In this document: positions 1 to 11,200 of the stretch, piece by piece
How the letters are laid out: each line of letters opens with the position of its first letter
How positions within the stretch are numbered: position 1 is the stretch's first letter
Source: Magallana gigas
Lineage: Eukaryota
Assembly (NCBI RefSeq): GCF_963853765.1
Contig: NC_088854.1
Span: 39,432,001 to 39,496,000, forward strand
Direction of reading: 5' to 3'
Length of the DNA stretch: 64,000 nucleotides
Position numbers and translations under genes: made by a program
The notes under the pieces: model-generated
Told to the model about the DNA's origin: nothing
Databases searched by the model: none
The model's input: only the letters and a program-made list of their open reading frames with translations

Positions 1-83
1 CATCTTCTTAAGTCAGCTGTAATATTTCATACATGTATGGTATACTAGTATTTAGAATACAATCTTTTTTATGAATATTGTAG

Positions 84-2393
84 ATCTCCCTCCGCAGGAA
101 ATGTTCCTAACAGTGTCCAAAATGTCCGTGCCAAATCAGCATCATCCACCTCAGCATCTTCATCTTCAAAATCTTCTTCTAGACAGGAAAAATCAGCTTC
201 ATCCAGACAAGAATCCTTAGGCTCTGTAAGACCAGATAACAATGTCCATACAAAACAGCATGGTCATACTTCTCGCCTTGAAGGATTCCCATCATCCAAA
301 CAAGAGTTGTCTACTGCCTTCAAATCTGTGCCATCCTCATCATCATCCAGTGTATCACCAGGATCACAAGCATCTTCAGTCCAGTCTTCCTCTTCTCATA
401 GATCCCATCTTCCTCCTTCCTCTATTGCTTCACAAGGGGCAGAATCAAATTCAGATAGAAGCTTGATTACCCCAAAATCATCCTCACCCCATGCTTCAGA
501 GCATCTTCCTTCAACACAGTCGGGAAATGTTCATAAACCCATCCATGTAAAGGGATCAAAAGCCAGTCCTCTGAGGAGTTCTTCCTCTGAAATGCAGACT
601 TTGTCATCTAATACTGTTGTAGGACCTCCTAATTCAGTGATAGGTAAATCCGGGCCAGTTATGGGAGCTGTCAGTGCTCCCGTGTCAGTGGTCCCCAATG
701 CACAATTACCAGACGCAGTGGGGGCCTCTGGAGAATCTTCACAACCAAACAAGGTACTTTAATTACTGAAAGTTTGACATTGTTATAACACATTTACAAC
801 AATTAAAACTATAGATATGATTACCTGTATAAAGCTGTGGCCATGTATTATAAAATTAATGGTATTATCATATGTCACATGTTTCTTTCATTTTTATCCA
901 AGAAAGAAAAAAATCAGAGCATGAAATTTATAAAATTAGATATATACATGTACATGTATAAGGTTTTTTTTTATTCTACAGAAAGAGAAAAGGGAAAAAG
1001 AAAAGATGAGTCTTGTGAAACGATTGACATCTGGGAAGATCAAGAAATCTAAGTCTTCTCCAGATAATGAAGGGGCTGATAAGATATCACACACAAGGTA
1101 CTTTGTACTATTATAACAGTGAAAAGTCATTCATTAATTAATCCAAAACTTGAAATTTTTTTTGGAACTATTGTCATGAAATCATTTGGGGACCAGTGTT
1201 TTGGAGCAGTCAAATGAAAAGGTTCATAGGATGTATTGCAAAGAATAACCTTTTGACAGACACAAAAAAAAATGTTCTGTTTATATACATGTACATGCTA
1301 ACTGTATATTCTTGGTTATATAGACCAAAAAGGAAATAGGATTTATATTTTTCTGTACTCTGTAATAATTTTCTCTGTTAATCAAAATGGTTCATTGTAT
1401 TATGAATTGCATGCATTTATCTGAAGTGTATTGAAATTGTATTTGAACTTTTTTTATAGGTCAGGATCCTACCCTTCAGAAGTGGTGAATTCAGTTGAGG
1501 GTCAGCATGTAAAGACAGGGTCATTTGATTCTTCTATGTATCCATCCCATGGATCAAAGCACAGTAAACACAAAGTACCTCACAGAGAAAAGTAAGATGT
1601 AGTGTTTAAATACTACTGTACTTTATGATGTTCATCCAATCCTTCACATCAAAAAGGACAATGGCTCATGTTTTACTTTTAATACATAATTATATATTTA
1701 GGAATAGAAAAATGCTTGCCTCACATTTTCAGAAGCTTAGTTTTGCCATTACTGTAAACTTATTATATTTAGCTTGTACGATATTTGGCAGAATATGATT
1801 TTTCAACAAGTTGGCATGGATTTGATTTAGCGCATTCCTGAATGTACCTATTTATCTACTTAAATATTTTACATTTGGTGATGTACCAGGTACTTGATTT
1901 AGCAGACGCCCTTTACCACCAAAAAAACGCTAAATAGAATACACAGCCAAATGTAATACGTTTACAGTATGCCCTTGACTGTAAATTTGGAGATTTTTAA
2001 GTGAATATTTTATGATATTATAGAGCATTTGTGTGGTGGTTATTTTTGCAACAACAAAAAATATTTTCATTGTCTTTATTTGTGCGGTAGGTTTATATAA
2101 AGTTTATATAGTCTATATAAACCATTTTCTTCATACCATTCTACAATGCAAACAATTTCAGCTTAACATTGCTTTATCATTGTAACATTGCTTATTGTTA
2201 CTGTTCTACTTTGTGTCTTAGATACAGATGTAAAGAGCCATACCCTGCTCAACATGTGATCGAACTTGACCTGAGTGTAGGAGACATTGTGTATGTGACC
2301 AGAAAGCGAGAGGATGGCTGGTTCAAGGGCACGCTGCAGAGGAGTGGAAAGACGGGTCTATTTCCAGGAAGCTTTGTGGAAAAATTAGATTGA
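84..2393 (+). CDS. SH3RF1: E3 ubiquitin ligase SH3RF/POSH, last four coding exons (gene starts before the window)
   Basis: Exons 84-753, 982-1097, 1460-1591 and 2222-2393 have AG/GT boundaries and continuous phase (2,0,2,2). They encode a Ser-rich linker, [19 protein letters not shown] and a terminal SH3 domain ([57 protein letters not shown]). From memory this closely matches the last SH3 of vertebrate SH3RF1/SH3RF3. Confidence 0.9.
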
Positions 2394-2550
2394 GTGGTTC
2401 ATTGGAAGATTTTGAGTGGTTCACGGGAGGATTGAGTGGTTCAATAAAGGCTTGAGTGGTTCATAGGAGGATTAAGTGGTTCATAGGAGGATTGAGTGGT
2501 TCATTAGGGGATTGAGTGGTTCATTAGGGGATTGAGTGGTTCATTAGAGG
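2389..2550 (+). repeat. About 20-bp tandem repeat (about 8 units) beginning at the SH3RF stop codon
   Basis: Unit GGATTGAGTGGTTCAT(A/T)GGA read directly; the first unit contains the last codon GAT and the stop TGA. Confidence 0.9.
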
Positions 2551-4406
2551 AGTTTGACAGATGATAACAAGTCTTAGTGTATTCTAGAAACTTTGGCTTA
2601 ACATGGAGCAATAGAGAAGACTAACAAGAGATTACTGTGATAGATGTCTTTATTCAGTTCTTCTACCATTGATAAAAATATTCATTTTAGTTGACAGGTG
2701 GTTCATAAATTATTGTAGGGAAACTTAAGGAGATTTATTTGTTACAAATACATGAAGTAAATTTAGCCATTTACCCATGTACATGTAAATACATGTGCAT
2801 TGACAATAGATTACATAAAATGATATCTTATTTCAATACATGTATATATATTGTTTATACGATATTTGAAATGAAAACAAAACTAGGATTTTAATCATTA
2901 CATTTTACATACCTTTACAAATTTACAAACATTCTTTCTTTTCTTGGTTTATCAATGAAAAAAAAGAGACATATTCTGACAATTTGTATGTGATATTTTG
3001 AAAATTTATACTGACTTTGATTTATTCATTTTCTGAGAATAACATCTGTAAGACTTCCATGACATTCATCTCTGCAAGTTCAAAAATGTCCAGAAATGTT
3101 TGTAGTGGGAAGCACTGTCAAATGCAAGTTTAATTTTTTTTTTTTTTCATTTCAAGTCAGGTAAACCCATTGTTGTCATTATTCTATCGTTAATTATGCT
3201 ATTTTATATATACAATAGAGTTTTTTTTTTCCTTGGTTGTGACTGCCAATTTTTTGTGCATTTTAACTTGGGGATATTATGATGCAATATATGATTTTTT
3301 TTTTTCATTTTTCATGGATGAAAATATTTTTATCATTCATTTAGTTCATTTTCAAAATCTTTAATGATTTCTCGGTTCTTGTTACATTTAAGTGTACATG
3401 TATAAATGGACACGTTATGAAAATGACAACTAATTTGCATTTAATGTTTAACAGTTGATTAACACTGGGCATTTGGAAACTTCACAAGCACATTCAAGTG
3501 TTCAAATTATTCTTTGTGAGACCCTTCTTGTACCATAAATTCACACAAAATAGGTTTATGTTGTATGTTTAGGATTCTTTTTGTTTACTTTATACAAGAA
3601 TGTCTATTTAAACACGGCATGAATATTTCACAGCATAAATGTCTTAAGTTTATGAATGGAAAGTCATCTGTTGACTGGAAGTGACATGTATTTTTCAGTC
3701 CTAATGTATTGTACTAATTTAGTAATTAAACACTGTTAATATTTAAAACACAGCCACGACACACACCTTGCTCATATGACAGAAGTCTTATTGCCTTTAA
3801 GACCATAATTGATTAACTATATGACTGTAGCACAAATACAGTGCTATTTTGACCAAATTCACCTGCTTTTATACTTTAGAAAGAGGTTGGAGAACCTCTG
3901 AACAAATTTTGTAAGCTTGTTGTGTGCTTAACTGAGTTTGAATTGGACAATTTATGCATGCTACATTACTTTATTCATTAGGTGTTTAGTCTAGCCTTGA
4001 AATCCAAAACACAAATTACTTGTGTATGTATTTTGTTTTTAATTCTTGTTGTATAGTAAATGGAGGTATCAAGATATACTCAAATCAGTGATATTTTTTT
4101 TATGAATATATAGTTGTGATTGTTGACATTTGTTTACTACATTTTCATTGCTAGTGCTGTGAGGTATTTATAGACAGATGATTTTACCAGAGCTTGAGTT
4201 TACTGTACAATTGTTCTCCAAGACACATTTTTAATAATACATGTAGTGGATGTCTATGCATTTTTATTTTAAAAGGATTATCATGTTTATTTTCTATGCA
4301 TTGTTTTGTGTAAAACAAGAGATGAACATTCCAGCAGAATCACAGCATACTGCTTTGGTATGCCCTCTTTTCCCATCCAGAAATGACAAATGTCACAAAG
4401 AGATTC

Positions 4407-4412
4407 AATAAA
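4407..4412 (+). terminator. Candidate polyadenylation signal for SH3RF (about 2 kb 3' UTR)
   Basis: AATAAA followed by T/GT-rich sequence just before the repeat-rich block starts. No transcript evidence. Confidence 0.4.
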
Positions 4413-4532
4413 ATGGTTTGAATTTCAATTGATATTTTATCAAACTGTTGTTTTTCTTTCTAGAGGTTTTTTTCCGGATCAGTAGGTTTAAGTACATGCA
4501 TGTATAATCAAATGATTTATGCTGGAGTATGA

Positions 4533-4760
4533 TTTTTAGGTCACTTGAATCACTCAGGTGATCTTTTGCAACTGGACTTCATGTGTTGTTCATTAATAAT
4601 TCTACATTTTAAACTTTTTTGAAAACTATGAGACCAATTGTTACCAATTCTGGTTTAAAATTGTGAATTTATGACCTTACCACGAAGGGGGCCTCAAGAA
4701 CAGGGCTCAAATGCAAAAAAGGCAAAATTTTCAAAACTTTTCTTCTCTACTCCCAAACAT
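4533..4760. mobile_element. Fragment of a non-autonomous Helitron/Helentron-like oyster repeat
   Basis: Starts TTTTTAGGTCACTTGAATCACTCAGGTGATC, a short hairpin resembling a common oyster interspersed-repeat terminus I recall. Not database-checked. Confidence 0.45.
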
Positions 4761-4789
4761 GTGGGAAAAACTAAATGTATGGTTATTTA

Positions 4790-5330
4790 AACAATAACAT
4801 GCTTTCTTTGGGGATTCATTCGGGATATGAAGGTAGCGACATTGCAGAAAAATACGCGGGTTATGTAATTTTTTTCTGCAATGATAGCTACCTTCATAAC
4901 CCGCATGAATCATCAAAGAAAGCATTTTATTATTTATATTAACATCTTTCTTTTAACTAATAAATAAATTGATTATGAAAAGTTTGTAAAATTCACTAAA
5001 TTACTGTTAATGTACATAAGTACGTTAGCTAAAAGAAACAGCCAAATCGTCTGCTGTGAGACTTTGAGTCTGACATCATCATGATTATTTTGTGCAGTCC
5101 GTGATTTTTCTTAGGTTGTTGGTGACTTCGACCAATCAATAAACAGGGCGTGTCCATTTTATTCCCGTCAGTATCTTATTCAGCCGTTGTAGATTTCGAC
5201 CAATCGAAAAACGGGGCGTGTAGATTTCAGTCTGACTGTTTCTTATAGAGCTATGAATTAACTATATGTTTCCGTAAGAAATAGAGGAAATAATACTTAG
5301 CAGATGTAAATATAAGTCAATAAAGCCCTC
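4790..5330 (+). mobile_element. Interspersed element with a long imperfect palindrome (copy 1)
   Basis: Arms ATGCTTTCTTTGGGATTCATTCGGGATATGAAGGTAGC...GCTACCTTCATAACCCGCATGAATCATCAAAGAAAGCAT (about 4798-4925). The next 400 bp align with 22440-22800. Confidence 0.8.
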
Positions 5331-5374
5331 TTCCTTAACTGTGAATTTATTATTCAATAGTAAGGGGTTCAGGT

Positions 5375-5455
5375 CGCTTCGCGTCGGTTGACAATGGTTT
5401 TCTCGGGGTGTCAATTTCAACTGTTACCCTCCCAAACAGGCACTATTTATATAAT
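5375..5455 (+). mobile_element. Half copy of the palindromic element seen intact at 57727
   Basis: GCGTCGGTTGACAATGGTTTTCTCGGGGTGTCAATTTCAACTGTTACCCTCCCAAACAGGCACTATTTAT is nearly identical to about 57801-57868. Confidence 0.85.
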
Positions 5456-5459
5456 GTTA

Positions 5460-7555
5460 CATGAGGTGCAGAAGAATTATTTACAAAAGTATAAGAAAAG
5501 CAGGATTTACAAAAAGAAACAGAATAAAGTAAACAATGAATTTGTTATAGTTGTTACGTAGGATGACCGACCAAATCAAATATTTTTCTAATTAAAGTAC
5601 ACATTTTCATAAGTATTACATGATTTGAAGATGACATAAGTATTCTAAATTTTAAGATGTTTGGGTTTTTAAGATAATAATTACTATACAATTTTTTTCT
5701 TACAGGTGACAGTGCACTACATTCTAAAACATAATGAAATTCATCGCCAATTTGATTGGCTTCACATAAGCCGCATATGCGGTCTTCACGTGGAATATTG
5801 TTCCACCTACCAATTTCTATAGGGAGGTGATGGTTTGTAGTTCTATATTTAACAAACAAGTTTCTTAATTTTCGTGAAAGTATTAATAAATAGTCTTCAC
5901 AACAAAAATTACATTTAAAAATACGATATATAGCACCTTTTGACGAACTATCTAATTCACTATTCCATTTTTGGACAAATTGATCTTTTAAGATTTTGTT
6001 TGACAATATTTTCTAACCATTTTACGCTAACAGGATTTTGCTGGTGCCATACAAAGGATAAGCCACAGCTATCAAGAATGTTTTTTATACAAACTAGCCA
6101 CTTATTATTGATTTCACCTCTAATGTAACAATTGTAAAGATACATATACATAGTTTTACATAACTTATTCTCCTGGCATAACATCATCTTTGCCCAAAAT
6201 CCAATCATTCTCGTATAAATTGTTATATATAATGGAAAACGACCTGTCTCCCCATAAACCATAAAACTGGGGGTACTACTTTTCAAGTTAAGTATGTGTT
6301 TAAGAAACCCTTAAATGTACACGCTCGATAACATCAATATTTTCGTAACCCCATATTTCACAAGAGCATAGTAAAACTGGTAAAACAACCTTGTCAAATA
6401 AGTCTAATTGAATATCAAAGAACATGTCAAAATATCTTATTTTTCTAATGATACCATACATAGCTTTCTGGGATTGAGTACATAAGTGTTTCTTAGCTTT
6501 ACAAAAAGAGCCAGATCGGGAGAATAATATTCCTAGTTAGTTATACTCTTTAACTACTTCTAATTTATCATTATTGTATATAAATGAGCAGGTCCTTTGG
6601 AGAATATCATAACTTTGGTTTTTTTCACATTAACTGCAAGTTTCCAGTATTTACAATATATACAAAATTCGTCAAGCGCATGTTGTAAATCTTGAGCCGA
6701 CTCTGTTAGTATGACAGTGTCGTCAGCATAAAACAAATAAAAAGTTTACTGTAAACAATCAACTCTTCTTCTAAATCATTTGTGATACTACTTAACCCAT
6801 TGACATTTCTCTCGTTCATAAAGTTTTCTATATCGTTGATATACATGGAAAAAAGAAAAGGTGATCAATTTTCTCCTTGAAAAAAGTTACAAGGTTACAA
6901 AAGAAAAAAGGTGAAGTTTCATCATTCAATTTTACTTTTGACTTGATACCGTTGTACATGTTTTTTAAGAATGTAAGGCATTTGCCAGTTATACCACTTT
7001 TATGAATTTTAAACCATAAACCCTCACGCCACACAGTGTCAAATGCTTGTTTAAAATCAATAAAAGCACAAAACAGTTTCTTTTTGCAATGCATTAAAGT
7101 ATGTGACAAAAAATGCAATAATATAATGTTATCAAGAGTAGAATATCCTTTCCTAAATCCAGACTGACAACCACTAATTAAGTTTAAATCATCAGAATAC
7201 ATTTCAAGTCGACTGCTTAAAACGCTTGTAAAAAGTTTTCCAAGACAGCTTAACAAAGTGATAGGTTTGTAATTCTCCGGTTGTGTTGGGTCACCTTTAT
7301 TTTTATACACTGGTTTAACTATACCAATTAACCATTCATCAGGTACTATTCCTGTATCGTAAATAATATTAAACATCACATATAGAGGTAAAAATATAAC
7401 AATAGTTGACACAATATGTTCATTCAATACTTGATCACAACCCGGAGATTTATTGTTTTTTAACTTTTTAACTGCGGAGAGGATTTCTTCCTCGGTATTA
7501 GTACTATCAAGAAACTCACAACTAGTTTCCTCACACTCAAAATTTGGCTGTGTAC
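5460..7555 (-). mobile_element. 5'-truncated, decayed non-LTR retrotransposon (reverse transcriptase plus C-terminal Cys motif; RTE-X/CR1-like clade)
   Basis: RT motifs GIVKPVYKNKGD, YKPITLLSCLGKLF, QSGFRKG, CAFIDFKQAFDTV, QGEN*SPFLFSMYIND (with stop) and LFYADD (about 6720). C-terminal NHHLPIEIGRW...RICGLC...GDEFHYVLEC. Split over several frames. Confidence 0.92.
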
Positions 7556-7720
7556 ATTAACAGTAATCTAGTGGATTTTAATTACTTTTCTTAATCAATA
7601 AATTAATTAGTTAAAAGAAAGATGTTAATATACTTTGGTGATTCATGCGGGTTACGCAGAAATTTTTTTACATTACCCGCTAAGGCAAAGAAACCAAAGA
7701 AAGCATTTTAGTGTTTAAAT
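7553..7720 (-). mobile_element. Inverted, internally deleted copy of the 4790 element
   Basis: GTACATTAACAGTAATCTAGTGGA...AATTAGTTAAAAGAAAGATGTTAATA is the reverse complement of about 4930-5015, followed by a collapsed hairpin ending CCAAAGAAAGCATTTTA. Confidence 0.75.
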
Positions 7721-8258
7721 GAATATGGTTGGTCACGCGATCATTTGGTACGGACTGTATCTAAATCCCATAAAAGTCAAAAAACGACTCCTTATATTAG
7801 TTAGTTTCTTATTTTCAATTATTTACCATTTGTACATACAATTCAAATAATTGATATTTTAATTTGCACGCGACGAAAAGCAACCACGTGATGCTATTGA
7901 ACATTTCAGGAACATAGAATTACTATGGAAACATGGAATTATTGAGCCATTAAACAAAATTTAATTTCTTGTTTTATCACTGACAAAAGACACAGGAAAA
8001 TGTACGCATATTCTGAAATTTATTGTTAAATATTTGAAAATGAAACGTAGTTTGGTTTGGAGGACGAGCCCGAGTCACTTAAATTGGGTCTTTGATGGTG
8101 ACCTTGGATTCCAGGCAGGTGATCAAATGCGTGCGAATATCCAGCAGAATTATCAGACAAGGTCGCTATCCTGAAATAAGAGAACATATGCAAGTTAATC
8201 TTTTGTTTCACTTAAAAAAAAATCACTTTATTCTGCACTACAGAAGTACAATATTGTC

Positions 8259-11200
8259 TTACGCCGGCGATTTCCTGATTTGACTTGGTAGAATTGGAGT
8301 CAGTATGGGGGGCCTTCCCAATTCGTCAATCTGGTTTCCTCCATATGCGCTGTTTGTGTAGGTCGTGGTTTGTGTGTGTCGTGGAAGTGTTTCGTGTCCC
8401 CCTCCAGACAAACTGGGGATAGTGTAATGCGATGATGAGACCGTACTTCCTAGTGTGTCATACTGAGGTTCCCCCAACTTCCGTTTGTAACGTCTAAACA
8501 ACCAACATGAATATCTCGGTTATTAATTTGACGCATATGTAAAAGTACATGTACTTTACACATCTTCACAATAATAATTGTTTTGAACATAAACATTTAA
8601 ATAAAATTTATTTTCACCCGTTTTCTAATATGAATATAGATAAACTTTGAAGATGATGGATCGAATAAGATGGCGCAAATGCTCATTGACTTCATCATAA
8701 AATACAGTTTCATATATATTTGTATAATCATCTTTTTTATACATGTAATTCCCTTTTTTAAACTATATAATTATACAATTTGGCAAATTTCAAGCTATAA
8801 CAGTTAGGGGTGAGACAGCAATTTTAAATAAAATTTTAAATAATGTTTTGTGGTTGGATATGGAAGTTATATTACGAGTCAGGGTTTTTAAAAATACATG
8901 TATTTTCAAAAGTTCGAAGCACGAGTGAAAATAAAAAAAAATCCTGTCTCACGAATGAGATAACTAATTAACGTATCCAACCACATAACATTGAATTTTC
9001 TGTCTATTACACCCCCCTCCCCCATGCTTATTGCCATTTCCGGCTGACAGTCTCTGTTTCTGTGACAGAATACCACTTTACTATACTCTGTCACAGACAA
9101 AGACACTGGAAATTTTAAGTATTGCTGAATAAAACCGACCTCGTGTAAACAACAGCACTGGCGATACTGGTGACCACTACAATTAATACAACACCAGCAA
9201 CAACAGAAATCTCGACCGCTTGTGTAATCGGGTTGATGGGAGAACCTGCAAAAGAATCCTCTATAATGGAAAGAGAGGAACAAAGCAAAACAATTTTAAA
9301 AAGAAAAGAATCTGTGGGTTTCCAACTATGTATTGTGATAAATTCTTGTACCACTGCTATACGTGACAGGCACGTAGCATCAAGGGGGGGGGGGGAGGGG
9401 GGGGGGGGGCGCAGGGGGCTGCCCCCACCCCCACCCCGCTTTTTCTCGCAGCAACTAATTTGTTTAAATTTACCTATAAAAAAATTGAATTATCATGGAG
9501 TTGGCCTCCCTCTCCCACTTTTTTGGGAGTATGTAAAAAATTGGTATGAAAATAAAGAAATCAGGAGTGAAATTAAAGTTATCGATATACTACGCCAGCC
9601 CCCCCCCCCCCCCCCCCCCCCCCCCCGAATTAGGATTTTGAAGATTTTGGAAAATTCAAAATTCCTTGATTTTTTGGATGAGTCTGCCCCCCCCTCCCCC
9701 CCCACTTTTAAAAACAATGCTATGTGCCTGCTCTAGTGTTACTGAAATGAGTCTTGTGATCCGCTCCTCTACGATACGCTGTACAAGTATCTGCAAGGAG
9801 GAGCGGATTTACAAGTCCAGTTCTAATTCGATTGCCCCAGGTCTGCCTTTTGTTATACTCGTATATGTAAACTAATACTATTATATACTGTTATATATGT
9901 TGTAATTATATACTGTTATATATATTTTGTAATTATATACTGTTATATATGTTGTAATTATATACTGTTATATATGTTGTAAAAATTGAATCGTCGTATA
10001 AAGTGATATAGTATAAAATGAAAACATAATGATAATTAATAGGGAATAAGTTCTTACCCGGGTCTGTCTCCGGTATAGGCGTGGTCAGTGTTAAAGATTT
10101 AACAATTAAAGGTGTGCATGACGACCCTTTAAGCCTTTCACGTTTTCTCCCTTTACATTTCATAGAGACTATTGTGCTTTTTGTCACTGTAAAATTAATG
10201 TAATGTTGAGGACAAACAAAATATAAATCCATCTAATATATGAGATATGATTAAATTAATCATAAATTTTTATTTAGACTTTTCAATTAATCAACAAAGG
10301 AAATATATATTCTGTGGAACCAAGTTTTATTCGCTGTGATATTATTTTGCGATTAACCAAAGAAAAAGTCGTTCGCGGCGTTTAATTTCTGCGATCAAGA
10401 TGTAAATTTCTAATACTCAGTAATATACCAGACAATTAATGATTCGCTGCGGCAAAGTATTGGCGACGCAGAGAGTCTCGCTAACCTTGCAAAAATTTCT
10501 TGCACGCAAATAGAAGAAGTTATCTCAAGACTTACCCTTGATCCACAAAAGAATTTGAAAAGCCTTATTTTTTTGCAACACATTTCTAGGAGGTATCTCT
10601 AAAGTGAGAGTTCCGGTTGTTGAATTACCGATTTTCTTGTAAGTGTAAAATGTATTGTGGGATAGACAGACACAGCCCACCTCTTTGCTTTTTATCTTTA
10701 CGTCTTCCTTCCCAACAAAAGATTGTACGACAGCTACTTCGGAGAATATTCCGGTTGACGCCGTTACACTGCAGATTCTGAAGTCGTCAGTTCCAGTTGT
10801 TTTGGATTGAAGCTTATAGCCCAATAGAAAATCGCTGTTTACATTCCGAATATTTGGTTTGTTGTAAATGTCGAAGAACGAAAACCCTGTAAGGTTCGAA
10901 ATTTAAAGGTATATATGCCGTTTGTAACGCTGTTTTTGGGAATGATGTTAGAAACCAGACCTAAACTTTTTTCAGTTTGATTATCTGCCTATGTTGGAAA
11001 CTTTCTGAAATTTTTACAATTCATTTCAAAAATATTGAATATAATTTCCAATTAATTTAAATTTCTTGACCGATCCGCTCAGTAAAAGCCCCAGCATTAA
11101 AATTATCTGATCAGTTAATAATTAAAATGGTTGTCAATCGGTTTTTTGAAGGAATAATTCTAATGCAACGTCAAAAAAAAAAGTATTTCACTATTCAATT

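Noticed and set aside
242-752. ORFs 242-466 (+) and 531-752 (-)
   Set aside because: Alternative frames or antisense of the Ser-rich SH3RF exon.
9170-9875. 188-aa ORF with poly-Gly/poly-Pro and neighbouring ORFs
   Set aside because: Antisense of the gene A TM exon running into G/C homopolymers of a MITE.
10834-10837. Acceptor just upstream of ORF 10525-10824
   Set aside because: Wrong phase; the acceptor at 10887 gives a continuous frame.
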